DNA of 64,000 nucleotides from contig CM120648.1 in the NCBI GenBank assembly GCA_051362555.1, positions 6,444,587 through 6,508,586 on the forward strand. The letters run 5' to 3'. Shown piece by piece: positions 27,766 to 43,159 of this stretch. Numbering within the stretch: position 1 is the stretch's first letter; each line of letters opens with the position of its first letter. The notes under the pieces were generated by a model. It did no database searches, was not told the origin of the DNA, and was given only the letters and a program-made list of their open reading frames with translations. Source of the stretch: Lingula anatina. Lineage: Eukaryota; Animalia; Brachiopoda. Position numbers and translations under genes: made by a program.

Positions 27766-30360
27766 CTGTGCTGTGCATCGTGACATCAAGGTCCAGGTAT
27801 GTGCGTACAGGGCGGGCGCGGCATGCACTTACGGAATAGCTCAGGTATTTGACTCTCTAGACGCTGGGGAGGGTTGTACATTGATGTCGGTGATAAAGGT
27901 GAAGAGGCCTCTCATTCTTAAGATTGGAGTCCATTTTTCAAGGAGATTGTAGTAACTTTATCATTGCAAGCAGATGTTGGAGTATATTCTCTCTGTGGTT
28001 GAGAAGATATCTGCAGTTGGCTGCAGAGAACAGAGCTGGAGAGCATTGTGAGACTAAACTGGGATTTTAGTGAAAAACAAGAGACTGGCAACAATAGATT
28101 AAAATTGTAGATCCAGAGCATTATCAAGAATTCAAATGTGGATTTTGATTTTAAAAAATAGTAGACATAAGTCCAGATATCACAAAGGATTCTGATATTC
28201 TTGGGAATTGTTGTAGCTATAACCTATATTCAGATATATCAGCAGAAATTTATAGGCAGATGTAGGAGCGTAACATTACAGGAGAGCCCAGGTGTTCGAG
28301 ACTCCTCTGCTGAGAGAGACCTGAAACCAGGGATAGAGTAAGAGTTTGTGCCTAGACTTTTGTGGCTGTTACAGAGAAACTTGAAGTCAAGCAGAGAGAA
28401 AAAAGGAAGGAAAACCAGAGAGTGAGTAAGGCAGTTTGTCCTTGGGTGTGTCAAGTTGGATTAAGTTGAAATTTCCTTGAAAATGGAAGCAGTATTGAGA
28501 GTTATGTGGAATTAAGTGCCTTGAGGTTGCAGTTATGCTCAATTCGAAAAATTTATGCTTTATAGCACTGTAATATTTGGAGAATTGTGGATTATGAACA
28601 AAGAATCTGGATGCAGATTGAACAGTGCACATCTTTAAAGAGCTCTCGATCACTAGTGATTTTTGTATATTGATACGCAGATGAAACCTAAATACTGAAA
28701 GCGTCTTCACTTGAAAATTTACAGTCATTGAACTTTTTGCAAATTGGACATTTTTTCAACATTATGCAATCTGCAACGGGAACTACTTCTAGCAAAACAA
28801 TTGGAAACACAAATGTTGTAGATTAATAGCTTTAGTGGGAAAAGATTTGACAGTCAATAATTCTAGTGGCAGTGTTTGAGAAATGCACCTGCCTCTTCAA
28901 AGAAAACTGGATTAAAATATTACTCACTGTTTTCAAAATACTGTGTGGAAAATTTCAAATTCAAATCCAACAGTGTTTGAAATTGGTACAACTGTAAGGA
29001 TTAGATTTTCAAAAAAACATTGTTATCTGATGGGCAACTTTGGTGTTATTACTTTTTAAGAAAACTGAAGAGGATACAAAAGCAAACAATTTCCAGTTTG
29101 TTGTTCCTAAATGAAGTTGGTGACCAGAATGCTTAACTTAATAAGCAAAGACTTTTGTAGCTGTTAGCTTGATGAAGACATTATATGTATGTATTTGAGA
29201 AAAATGTATACGCTTGCAGTTGTGTGACATGTAGCCAGGGGCTATTATAGAAAACATACATTATTTTCTGTATATCATAGTTATATACCAAAGGCCAAAC
29301 AGCATGCTGCAGGAGACAGAAGAGGTCTGGGTCTTATCTGAAGAATAAAAACTGGGTACAGGCGGTTCCAATTTGCACTGACCTATATAGAACTGGAAGG
29401 AGTAGCCAAAACTTTGATCAGAAGTGGATAATGATAGTATACACTTCTCTGGATCAGATATGCAGTTGTTCCTTGAAGTTTAACAACAGGAGAAGGCTCT
29501 GATGATTCTAATTATGTTGCAACCAGTGGGCAACATGGACTGGTTTCATTTGGTATCACTCTCATTTTGAATTGACCAGGAGTTACCGGCAGGATAGACA
29601 GTTATTGAGATACACTGTAGAATTCTAAACAGTGAGTTGTACAACCAGTTCTTGTTGGCAATAACAAAGGTGCAGTTTTTTTTATTGCTGTTAAATAGGG
29701 ACAGATTGTTTTTAGCAGGCCAAAACCTTCATCAGGGAAGAATTGTGGAAGTGAGAGTACATTTTTAATGAGACATATCTTTAATAATGATTCTCAGTTT
29801 ATAAACACAAAAGGTTTCAGGCCATTCAAATTGGATTACTATACAGAGAAAGTGCCAGTAGGACTTGTACAGACAGTTCCAATTGGCCGTGACTGTAGGG
29901 TGGGGCATATTGCCAAATGTTTGCTAGTGGAAGTAGTGCAGTTAATATACATTTTACTGGACCCTATCTTTAGTTGATGCCTGCTGTTTACAAACATAAG
30001 AGGTCATAGACAGTTCCAATAAGATTATAGACAGTGGCCTACAGACGGTTCCAAATTGGCTGTGACATTAGGGTGGAGTGCCTTGTCCCACAGACTAAAC
30101 TGAGGCTATCTGACCTGGCCTAAAGTTCAACTGACAAAAGATGTTTAAAGGGAAGAAGAAGAACAAGAAAAAACAGAGGGGGGATGTCATTGGAGAGGTA
30201 ATGCACTGCTGGGAGTTTATGGCTAGTGAGAAATTGCTTTGAAGTGTGTACAGGCAGTTTTAATTTGCGAAGAAATATTTTGAAAGGTTGCTGTACATCT
30301 GTGTACCATTTGATCGTAACATGCATGGGAAGGATTTACTGCACTCTGCCTCAGTACACC

Positions 30361-30363
<3 letters not shown>

Positions 30364-30435
<72 letters not shown>

Positions 30436-30491
30436 CCAGTGCATGCATGCATGTGTCCATTAAAAACAAGATTTAAATGGACACACACACA

Positions 30492-30526
<35 letters not shown>
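30364..30526. repeat. Compound microsatellite (GT)n(GA)n followed by (AC)n
   Basis: Read directly; it explains the cluster of VCVC/HTHT ORFs here. Confidence 0.95.
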
Positions 30527-31129
30527 CAGTTGCTAAAGAGAAATATAGCATGTAAGAAGCCACTTGACCTTGGCTGTATGTGCTATTATAGCTTGGCATG
30601 TTGACCATCAAAACAATGGGTCAGGATGGACACATATTACAATAAACAATGGGGTCATTTGTTTTAATTATGTGGCTGCTTGGTTAGTGTCCATATTGAT
30701 AGACTGGTCAAGCTTAATGAGCCGGGCTAAGCATTGAATTATTGGTGATATGAGTGGCACGAGTGATTTAAGTGATATCTCTAAGTACAGATGATTGATT
30801 TTAAATGATAGGGAACTCTCTCTCTCTCTCTTGTACACATATTTATCTGAGCTCCTATTATATTCTACACCCATACTAAAAACCTATTTTATTGTTTGAC
30901 ACATACACCCTGGGGCCATCCATACAACAACTTGGTCATTCTAATTCCTAACCTCGTGATCATCTTTAACTATCATCTTATGTGTATGTATTTCCAATCA
31001 GGAGGCAGTGTGCCAGCAAACCCTCTTTCAGAATGATAAGGGTGTCAAGGACAGGATGTATTTCCTCTTGCTTTCTGCTGCCAGGCTGGAGGTTGCATAA
31101 TGAAGAGTGCTTTCAGAACTGCAGGCTAA

Positions 31130-31303
31130 GGCCCCATTCAGAATAGGGGACTAACTAGTCTAAGGGTCATATATGGCACCCTACTATAAAACTTGCCATC
31201 TAATCTGCCAATAGACACTGAATTGATATCCTGTGGTAAGTATTGAAGTGGGTTGACCATATTTGGCCCTTGGGCTAGGTAGTCCTCAATTCTGAATGGA
31301 GCC
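31130..31303. mobile_element. PIF/Harbinger-type MITE, family copy 1
   Basis: TIRs GGCCCCATTCAGAAT / ATTCTGAATGGAGCC with TAA on both flanks; a homologous copy lies in opposite orientation at 59881-60055. Confidence 0.85.
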
Positions 31304-31986
31304 TAACAGATCCGCAGATTGAATCTGGCTGATCCACTTGAATGTTTGTTGCGTGATCTCAGCGAGTAATCTGTTAAGTATTAAATTGGGAATTAAGCTA
31401 CAAGCAAAAAAAAAAAAAAAGAAAAAAGGTTGCCATATTTGATTTGCAGTTCTGTAAGTCTAATGTTCTGAATGTGCTCAAAGAAGCATGATTTGATCTG
31501 GATCTAGAGTCAAATAGGGCAGGGTGGGGGGGGGGGGATTGCAGGAAAAGCTGATCTTTTCCACCCTAGCCCCTTCCCATCCTCCTTGTGCATTCCTGAA
31601 TGGACTGTGTTTTTAAGAGACATGTTGAACGTTAATTGGACAAAAATTTTGTTTTTGTCTTTTTCTTAAACCGTTTGCCCTCCTGTGACTTTGAAAGTGC
31701 AACAGTGGATCTACCATTGTGCATGTGGAGCAATGAAACTTGTGATAGATATATTGAATATTGAGTGTAAATGTGTGTGTGTGTGTGTGTATTCATCTGT
31801 GTGTGAGAAAGAGGATATCAGAGAGTTGCTAGTAAGTGGAGATGAGAAATGATCTAATTATGATTGGTTGAAAAACTGGAGGGGGGGGGGGGTGAAATGA
31901 AGACTTCATTTGGCTACAGTTATGGATTTTAAAATTATTACACAATCATGTTTGAATTTATAAGAAATTTTATTTTCCCTTTGCAG

Positions 31987-32196
31987 AAGATTATGCGATC
32001 ATCCAGCGATGTCAGCAGTAATAGAGAAGAGCGCCCCCTACCCATCACAATATCCAGTCCAAGGCGCTACACGCGGCAGACCAGTGGAAGCCGCCATATT
32101 ATTCCAGCTGATCAGATTGAGGCCGTTAGTACACTTGGGGTCGGAGAGTTCGGGATTGTACAGCAGGGAGTGTGGACCAATGATAACGGTCAAAAA
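31987..32196 (+). CDS. Ack-like: PR2/Ack-like coding exon 3, linker and kinase Gly-rich loop
   Basis: ttttccctttgcAG|(K)IMRSS...HIIPADQIEAVSTLGVGEFGIVQQGVWTNDNGQK|GTAAGT; GxGxFG motif; CAGAAG tandem acceptor (alternative start 31990). Confidence 0.93.
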
Positions 32197-34812
32197 GTAA
32201 GTAAAATATTTGATGTAATTAGGTCAATCAGACCTCGATGGCTTACAGAGATTAGTAGTTTTAAGAAGGGCCCACCCAACTAGGGATGTGAACACGCCTT
32301 CAGTTTGAACTATAGGAATGACCTGTTACTTATCTGGCACTAGTGTGAACTAGTCAGCTTTGTCTCTGGTAGTGATCTGGCCGTCCTCTTATTGCTTCCT
32401 GTTTAGACAAAAAACAGCGCTGGCTTGTTTTTTTACTCCTTGCTCCCCTTCTTACTATGTGTGTGTTCAGGATTGCCATTGACAGGCCAAGGAGCGACAG
32501 TTTTGTGGTATGATTTGGTGGTTTTTCCTTTTTTTTAGCTCCAAATTCTTAAGTGATTTAGATCTGAGAGTGCACAGCACTTTGAAAAAAAATATGCTGA
32601 AAACTATGGTTTCTTTACTGTTTTCTAGAACTGTTGCATTTAATCAGAATTAAGCCATTTCATATGCGAAATACTATGTTAATTAATATACAACAATCTT
32701 TATGTGGTGCAAGCACAACATTTGCAGAGAAGCTTTGGCATTTCAATTTATATTTTCCTTTTCTTGCATGCTAATATCTTAATTTTTCTTTCTATTTCAC
32801 ATTTTATCTCTGTTTTTGTTTTTGTCACACGTATTTCCCACGGCTTAAAACCCTATAAAATTAGGTGCTAAAACATTAGGAACTATCTAATGCTTTTGAA
32901 AATCTCTCACGATTCTTTTCTTTTTGAAAGGGGGGGGGGGGGGGGGGGGGGGGGCAGTCCCACACAGATAATTTGTATTGCCTCTGTATCTCTCTCTTTT
33001 ATTCACAATTATCTTTTCATTAGTATAGGCTCTGAATGGGGTAAGATGAGTAGCTAAAAGAGATGCAGCAGCATCCATTGAAAATGTTGTTTTGAAATGA
33101 ATGTCCAATTAGGAAAGTTGAAAATAATTTAGACATTGATTCATCGTTTCAAAAACATTTAACCACAAAGAACAGAAAATCAGGTTTGTTCCTAGTTTAA
33201 AAGGACAAAAACTGGCTTCATTATGAAAATTGATAGATTCAATCTGTATTTATTGTAAAGAAAGATCTAATCACGAAAGAATTATTAATTATGAAAGAAG
33301 CACTAATGGTGCTTATAGGTAGATACAAAGGGAATGACAGAGGATTAGCTCTGTGGTAACTGTATTTTCTGATTGAGATTACTTCCAGGAGTTGGCAGAG
33401 TCGTGTGAGTCACCCTGACATCTGCGTGTGCTTTGTTCGATAACTGTGAACACGCGATGGTGGAATATGGTACTGGGGTCAAAGATTGAGAATATGATTT
33501 GGGGGGGGGGGGGGAAATCGGAGGGGGGAGGGAGGGCAAAAAAAAAAAGGGGGGGGGGATTGGGAGAAACAAGCTTTTAGGGTTTGAGTTTATAGGGGTA
33601 AAGATTAGGGAGGGGTAGGCCAGTCAGTAGGATGGTTGGGAGGAATTTTGGTTAGTAGGGTGGTCAGTTTAACCCTATCTCCCACCCCAGTCAAAATCCT
33701 TCTTACCTATGAAACTGTAAGTAAACGTTATTTATTCACAGAATTTGTATATTGCACACTGAACGTGGGCCCCTTTCAAACCCCCCCCCCCCGACCACCT
33801 CGATTACCCACGTATGACCCTTATTGTGTAGACCATATTTGTGGTAAAGCTAGAGGTTGATACTCTACCCCTGGCAACACGCAATCTTAACTCATTACGA
33901 TCTGTGACTCAGTCTCTATAATGACAGGTGAAAAGATCCAACCTGCCTAAGCATGGGTACCTTAGATTAAGTTTTATTTTCTTTTTTCATATTACTCTAC
34001 AGGAAATGTTACATATTCTTCTATCATGTATCATTAGATTAGTGGCAGATCAGGAAATACTTGAAAAATGACACACGGTACTAAATCTAATTTTGTGTTT
34101 AATAAAAAATTTAATACACCTGTTTGCATGATATGTTTGCATGATATTTAAAAACCTTGTACAAATGTGTTGGAGCTAAGTGATGTATGGATTTTGAGAG
34201 CATCTGTTGCATGCATTATACAAGTATTTTTCATATAGAGAGGTGCATTTTTATTTTTTTATTTTGTGTGCCCATGTGCGTGTATTTTTGTGTATTGGTA
34301 TGTATCTGTGATTTTGTGTGCATGTGCATATCACCCATTGCAACTGGCAGAATAGAACCTGCAGTTGACTACCCTCCTTACTGTCAGTCTTGACGAGGAA
34401 GTTTAATGTACTTTTGGTACACCGTGTAATACAATATAACCTTGACTCCTACAGACAACAGACACCAATGCAAGTGGAAAAAAAAATCATATTCACCCCC
34501 GCCCTGTATGTACCAGTAACTGGAGGGTAGACTCCGTCATTGCCTACTTATGGGGAGAGTCCATACGTAAGAGAAATAATAACATAGCTGGGAGTAATAA
34601 CAGGGTCATCTTGTTACTTCATGTTATTTCACGGCTGAGTCAGAAGATCGTGTTTCATCCAGTGGAGAAACGTAACCTTCAGATTTTATAGCTAACTTCA
34701 AAGAGGACTGCGAGAACAGATGGAAAAAAAAAAGAAAGAAAGATAGCAGTGAGAGAGCTCACTTGATAAGAAATGCAGGAAAAATAAATGATTTGTGTAT
34801 GTTCCTGAGTGA

Positions 34813-34860
<48 letters not shown>

Positions 34861-36829
34861 GGGAGAGAGTGAAAGAGAGAAAGAGGAGGATTAATCAGAA
34901 AAAATGAAACTTCATTCTCTTAAAAGAAAATTACCTGTGCATGTATGCAGAAACATGCCCACACATGCGCATGGGCGTGAACACATTCTCAAACGCTATC
35001 ACCTTATTTAAACACTCTGGATATCTTGCAGTGATTTCCCTGGCCTTTGTGACACCACATGATAATTTATCAGTCATTGGAAGTGATAGAACACATGTTC
35101 ATGCCATGTTATAGGATGTTACATTATAACTTTCAGATCAACTGATAATAGATGTCAGCTTAAACCTGCTTTATCTTTTATTAAGGTGGTCATCAGATAT
35201 ATCCAAGTTAGATTCCCAAGTGAAAAAAAAGTGATTCGGTTGAAGACTGTTTTGGTTTTTGAAAGGAAAATATGAATGTTTTTATTGTAAGATCGTAAAT
35301 CTCAAAGCATATTTTGTAGCATACATTTTCTTGGCTGCAGAGTAATGAGTTTGTTTATTTGTGCACATGTTTGTCTATGTGTGTAAGTACATGTGTGTCC
35401 GTGTGTGTGCGTGGCTGCCTGTGTTATATGACCTTCAGTCAAAAATTTATGCCACAAAAGAAAAAAAAAATCCTTTAAAATGTGCTCATTTGCATGCCAC
35501 ATTTAGTAGAGAACATTTTCTCACAAATATGCAATTCCTGACTCATTCTAATATTGTTTTTGTAAGATTGAACAATTTAGTCTCACCCAAAGAAGAAAAC
35601 CTTTTTGTCATGAACCCAAGTTGATTTTGGAAACATTGAATTTATCTTATTCTTAGTAATAACCAAAAAAAAAAAAAAAAAGAAGAAAAAAAAATTTTGT
35701 TGGAAATCTGATAAATCAAGTTCAATTCCGCTTTAGTAAGTTGTTGCCATGGCACTAGATGCAGGCAGCCCATCAGATAATTCTGAAGTGTATTGCACAA
35801 CATGTAATTTTCCTCCCAAACTGTGCAGATATCTTCTTAATATGGCTGTTCTGATGCATGTCAAGCATTTCCAAGTTATTTGATGGACAGCGTGATAGCA
35901 ATGTCACGGCCTTTTTGTCATCTAAATACACCATCAGAGGATGTGATTGAGATAAGTTGGAAATGTTTGAGCATATTTAGTCATATATGACGGGAAGGGG
36001 TATAGGGGAGAGACAAGATTGTGGAGGTATACGCCCATACAAAAATATAAAAAGAAAAAGAGGAGAATGGAAATAATGATTCAAGTTTTTTTTTAGACAC
36101 TGTAACTGTTCATGATAAATCAGTGAAAAATTAGGCAAGTTTTAAAAGTGAACAGCCTTTCACCACAAGTAACTTAATTTTTATGGCCCGGGGCCTGCTA
36201 CATAAATACAGTAAATTAAACTATGCCAAGATTTCCATTCTGACCATAAAGACCAACTTTATGTCTGACGTTATTTTGTCATGGACTGAAGAAGCCTGCC
36301 AAGGGTGTCAACCATTAGTCACGCCATTATCTTACTTCATGTTAGTGCACCAGTCAAGTAATACACAGGTAACTGGACTCATGGTTATCAGTGTTAACTT
36401 GTGGCCTTGGGCAGATTTCTCTTTTTAACTGGAGATGAAGTTAAAATTAAACATTTTTTCTAAAGAGTTTTATTGTTTGAAAGAAACCTGATGTATCTTT
36501 TTTAGAGAAAAAAGTACGGTAAAGTGTCTTAATAAGACATGAGTCTGCTTATTTTGAATATAGTTTGTTTTTATTTGATGGGTAGATGGAATATATTTTG
36601 ATTGGTCAGTGCACTTTTATTCAGTCAATGATCTATGTGTTAAGTCAGTCTTAAATAGCTATCGCCTTTTTGGTCAAGGAGAAAAAATTCAGATTATGAT
36701 AGCTGTTAGCTGTACCATTGTATTAGTTGTGAAATAGTTGTGACCAGAATATCTTTACTTCTCCAGGTTCAAGTTGGAATTGTGTTAGTTGTGAAATGGT
36801 TGTGACAATAATGTCTTTTTCTTCTCCAG

Positions 36830-36988
36830 ATCCAAGTTGCCATCAAATGCCTGAGTAAGGAGAGAATGCAGACGGGGATAGCAGACTTCCTGAAGGAGGC
36901 CACCATGATGCACACAGTGGACCACGACAACATAGTCCGTCTGTATGGTGTGGTGCTGGACAGCTCCTCTGAGGCACCACTGATGCTG
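36830..36988 (+). CDS. Ack-like: PR2/Ack-like coding exon 4, kinase VAIK and alphaC
   Basis: tttttcttctccAG| IQVAIKCLSKERMQTGIADFLKEATMMHTVDHDNIVRLYGVVLDSSSEAPLML |GTAAGA; absent from the supplied ORF track. Confidence 0.95.
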
Positions 36989-37392
36989 GTAAGATTGTGT
37001 TAGTTGTGATTGTGTTAAGTATGATTGTGTTAGGTGGGATTGTGTCAGGTATGATTGTGTTAGGTATGATTGTGTTAGGTATGATTGTGTTAGGTGGGAT
37101 TGTGTCAGGTATGATTGTGTTAGGTGGGATTGTGTCAGGTATGATTGTGTCAGGTATGATTGTGTTAGGTGGGATTGTGTCAGGTATGATTGTGTCAGGT
37201 ATGACTGTGTTAGGTGGGATTGTGTCAGGTATGATTGTGTCAGGTATGATTGTGTTCGGTGGGATTGTGTCAGGTATGATTGTGTTAGGTATGATTGTGT
37301 TAGGTGGGATTGTGTCAGGTATGATTGTGTCAGGTATGATTGTGTTAGGTGGGATTGTGTCAGGTATGATTGTATCGAGTGGGATTGTTTTA
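36988..37392. repeat. 15-bp minisatellite, 27 units, starting at the exon 4 donor
   Basis: Units GGT(AT/GG)GATTGTGT(C/T)A; the first unit is the donor itself, G|GTAAGATTGTGTTA. Confidence 0.95.
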
Positions 37393-37693
37393 GGTGTGCC
37401 ATAGTTGCTTAAGAATACAGTAAACCATGTAAACTTTGCCATACTCTGCAGGACTACTCATGCTGGTGAGATTGTGTTAGGTGGTATTGTGTTAGATGTG
37501 ATTGCGCCAAGTGTGATATTAAAACTGTGCTAGTGACATGATTGTTGCGGGATTATTTGAAGATAGCAGGAACTAACAATTTTTGTAGGTTTTCAAAGAA
37601 AATCATTAGACATCCTGCAGGTAAGGTTACATTATACTATGTAAGAAATGGAATAAAAACTAAGGCACATGGATTTTAAACTTGGAAATATAA

Positions 37694-39243
<1,550 letters not shown>

Positions 39244-39475
39244 ATACTGTAACTGTCTTTTTTAACTTGCTGCTAGGAATATATTATACTGGTGTTTTTA
39301 AAAACTAAGGTATACACAGACATGCTGAAATTGCCTGTCTTACTGGTCATGACTGAAAACAATTTCATGAAATGATGTAACATTGTAGGTGAACATTTTT
39401 AAGAGTTGCTTTTTAAATTTAATGTTAATCTGTTAAGAAGTTATTTGGTACTCAGATGACATCTCATAATTCCAG

Positions 39476-39573
39476 GTAAAAATTAGTGACTTTGGAATGT
39501 CGCGGGCTCTGGGTCTAAGCAGGGATTACTACCAGACCAACTTCAATGTCAATCTCAAGTTGCCAATAGCTTG
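39476..39573 (+). CDS. Ack-like: PR2/Ack-like coding exon 6, DFG and activation loop
   Basis: tccAG| VKISDFGMSRALGLSRDYYQTNFNVNLKLPIA(W) |GTGAGT, phase 2. As recalled, YY.TNFNVNLKLPIAW is typical of Drosophila PR2/Ack-like rather than ACK1. Confidence 0.96.
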
Positions 39574-39781
39574 GTGAGTGTGGCTGAAGTATGCTGTTTC
39601 ACAGGTTCTATCCAGCTTTAGTAATGAAGATTGTGATATAGGCCTGCTTTGGGCATATAAATTATGCTATTTATGCAAGATTATATTGAGACTTAAGACT
39701 TTGTAAATGAGAGGGCTTCTGCTCTCTCTTTCTCTCTCTCTCTCTCGTTTCACATTATTAAATCAAGTTGTACACATGCAG

Positions 39782-39908
39782 GTGTGCCCCAGAATGCATT
39801 AACTACCTACGGTTCACCACAGCGTCGGATGTGTGGGCGTTTGGTGTCACACTGTGGGAGATGTTCAGCTATGGTCTCCAGCCCTGGGGCGGCTTCTCTG
39901 GACAACAG
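39782..39908 (+). CDS. Ack-like: PR2/Ack-like coding exon 7, APE and subdomain IX
   Basis: gcAG| (W)[42 protein letters not shown] |GTGAGA. Confidence 0.96.
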
Positions 39909-40349
39909 GTGAGAACTACAACACCTCTTTAAACTCCGAGTCTTGCACTCTCTTAGATTGCTGGGTTAAAAAGGGAAAAATAGGCCCATTGGGATGTATG
40001 GAGGGTTCAAAAGAACCACTCTTTTGGCTGGAAAAGTTCTGTCCAGAATCAAATTTTGTCTTGTATCTCAAAGGGGGCTCTCTGGGGTTAAAAAGGTCCG
40101 CTTTTTCAGAAACCCCTCCTATGCAATTGCTGGCTAAAGAACTGAAAGAAAAATTAAGGCTTAAAAGTACCTTGTTGTTGGTCAGCCTGAGTGGAGTAGG
40201 GTGGAATACAGTACTATATGAAATATAAAAGATATTTGTGTCTGTTGGAGCCATGCTGAAGGTATTTTTGGTCAGTAGAGTCTTATGTAAAAGTACATCT
40301 GGGGGTAATTGTTCTTCTCCTATGCCAAGTTACCCCCCCCCCCCCCAAA

Positions 40350-40380
<31 letters not shown>

Positions 40381-43159
40381 AGACATCTACTATATATGAA
40401 TTTTTCGGGGCATTTTGGGATTGCATTTTAACAAGCAAAAGTTTTTGTTGCCTGTAGTTTTAGCTGTGTGGTACAAGCTACAGTAGTTTAAAGGAATGGC
40501 ATTTGGTGTTTACCCCAGGGGGAGGGAGGGGGGGGTGATGATGTGATAGCTTCTTAAAGGTGAGCTGCATCGAGATATGGCAATGCTGATGGAGCTTTTG
40601 CTTTAAAAATTAGAACAGTGTGCAGCTAGCCATTTGAGTGACTTTCGTTATCTGTCATAGAATAGTTTTTTGCTTGGGACTCATTTTAAAATTGGTCTTT
40701 GTATGAATTTCTACCTGTGTCGTTTGTATAACGTTATTAGCTGTGATTGTTCCTGATGGTCATCTAGTTAGAAGTCAAGTTTAAAGTGGATCAGAATGTT
40801 TAGAAATGTTGAAGCAGGAGAAAGTATTTCTAAACTGACTGTAGATGATGTTAAATCTAAGTGGAAGTTTGTTGTCTTGGAGGTCTGCTCTTGTCTGTGA
40901 TGGGATAAAAGTGGGGTGGTTTGGGGGGGGGGAGAGGCAGGATTGGGGTGGAACCTTTTATCCAAACTTAACAGCATGTTTTTTTCATTTCCTTTTTTGT
41001 GGTGATGGTGATATTTGTAAACTTTGATTTTATCACACATTGTGTATTGTTAGTTCCAGTTTGTGATGGAAATCTTTATAAATGTTATGGTTCTCCCACT
41101 TGTATAATATTGATTGACCTGTGTGACCTAAATTATTAAAGCACACCTTTTATAAAAATCCACAGTGACTCTTCTTTTTGGGTGCGAATGCAAAATACAA
41201 TGTGTGTAAGGATTGACCCTGGAGATATTTTGAATTCCTGTTAGTAATTGGTAACTTAAATACTTATTCCCCTACAATTTTATTGTTATGCTCATTAACC
41301 AGATTTGATAATACAAAGGTATATCTATATTGAGATATGAAGCATTTAAATTTATGTGATTTTATTGGGTTGAATTTTGCAGTGCGTGATACTGATATAT
41401 ATGAACCATTCTGTGGTTAACAAGCAATAAAGTGCATTAGAAATAAAAAATAAAATAACTTGTTTTCCTACCCTTCCTCTTAATAGACTTATTAATAAGG
41501 CACTTGGAGATGTGAACTCTTTATGATTCAAGAGCATTTATTATTTTAATTTTTTAATAGAAAATTAATTTCTGATTTCTTAGCTGGGGCATGCATCCCA
41601 CTATATTGTAGGTGATTTCAAAATGATACTTGAAGTAATATGAAATAATACAGCACAAACAAAGAACATTATTTTTTGTAACCCATATTAAAATTGTCAG
41701 ACCAACTTTTATTTTCTGTTTTCTAGTTGATTAATAATGACAATGCAGCAGTTTTCTGTTATTTCTTTGAAAAAAAAATTACTCTGGTTTGTTTCTGTTT
41801 TTCTCCCCTTTCAGGATAGTGATGGACAAACGTCTCTCAAAGCTTTAGAATTAACAACCAAGGTATTTCCACCACAAGTTAACAACACTGATCAATATCA
41901 TGATAATATTTCATGATGATATAACCAAGTATTGCACTAATGTATTGTATATATTCCTTGCATTCAATGCCATGTGGGAACTAACAGCTAATGGCTTTAT
42001 TGCTTCGATTAAAAAATTTAAAACAGGAGCAGCATGGACCCACAGCTCTCAACACATTTCTTATACAGTTCTTGTTTTCATTAATTTACAGTTAAATTAC
42101 AGTTTTTTTTTCTTTTTTAATTTTTAAGAGGAGGCATGTGGAATGTTTATATTTGATATTTTTATCATTAAACTAAAAAGTATTTAATGTCTTTTTTTTA
42201 ATCTTCAGGTTTATTTTCATTTTATATTTCTTGGGATTGGGGGTGGGTGAGGAATATTTAAACTATCCTTCTGTTTTTCTAAAATATGGTATTTCTAGGA
42301 ACAAATCTGGGCCTTCTGAAAATCTTCCCACTTCACCTTTAAAAAAAAACCCTGACCTTTGTTTTTCTGGAAGCATGGTAGTTCTGTTGTTATTATGTCA
42401 TGGCCAAGTTGCTGTTGCTGTGGCGATACAGCAGCATTGTTTTTTGTTGCTGTTATTGTTGACGTCAAGGCATGTGTAACTACTGCATGTGCTGTTAGCT
42501 GCATGCTAGCCTCTTAGAAATATTCTAGAGTAGTTTCTAGTTTCTGGATTTTGGGGGTAGACTTCTGTTATTATGTATGTAGTCTGTTGGGTTATTTGAG
42601 GAAAATGTCTTTGAGTTTCTCGAGGTCATGGATTAAAAGTTGACAATGTACGGAGTAGAAATCTTAAATGTTGAAGGCGTCACTTAATATGGCTAGATGT
42701 TTATCTCAAATTTCAAGTATTATGAAAGATATAATGCTTTGTGTTTACTGAATGTCATAATATTTTTTTATCGTGTAATGTTGATTATAACATGGCTTAT
42801 TACTAGATTTCTTTCAATTTACATTTGAAACTTAAGCTTCTGAACCTCTGACAATAAGAGCTGTATACACTTTTATCAATTACTTATCTTGTATCATTTC
42901 TTTTAACTTGTTTGCCAATTTGCAAGTGATGTAAAGTAGCGATATGTATTCTCAATAGATATCAGTTGATCTTCAAAATGTAACTTTTTAGACCAGCTTA
43001 GAAAATTTCTTGTCTAAGTTGACCCAGTGTGTGAACAGGGCCTTCATTGAGGTGGTCTTACCAATACCCAATCCACTTAGATCAATGAAAACAAGGTGGT
43101 TCACCCAACAAAATTGTGCTAGTTGAGATGCGTCGTCTCACCCAACGCAATCTTTACAG

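Noticed and set aside
30120-30611. His/Thr- or Val/Cys-rich ORFs (also near 1.9, 47.6 and 55.3 kb)
   Set aside because: Produced by (CA)n/(GT)n/(GA)n microsatellites.
36785-37442. TIIPD/QSYLT/GMIVS pentapeptide-repeat proteins
   Set aside because: Translations of the intronic 15-bp minisatellite in three frames, with no independent gene structure.
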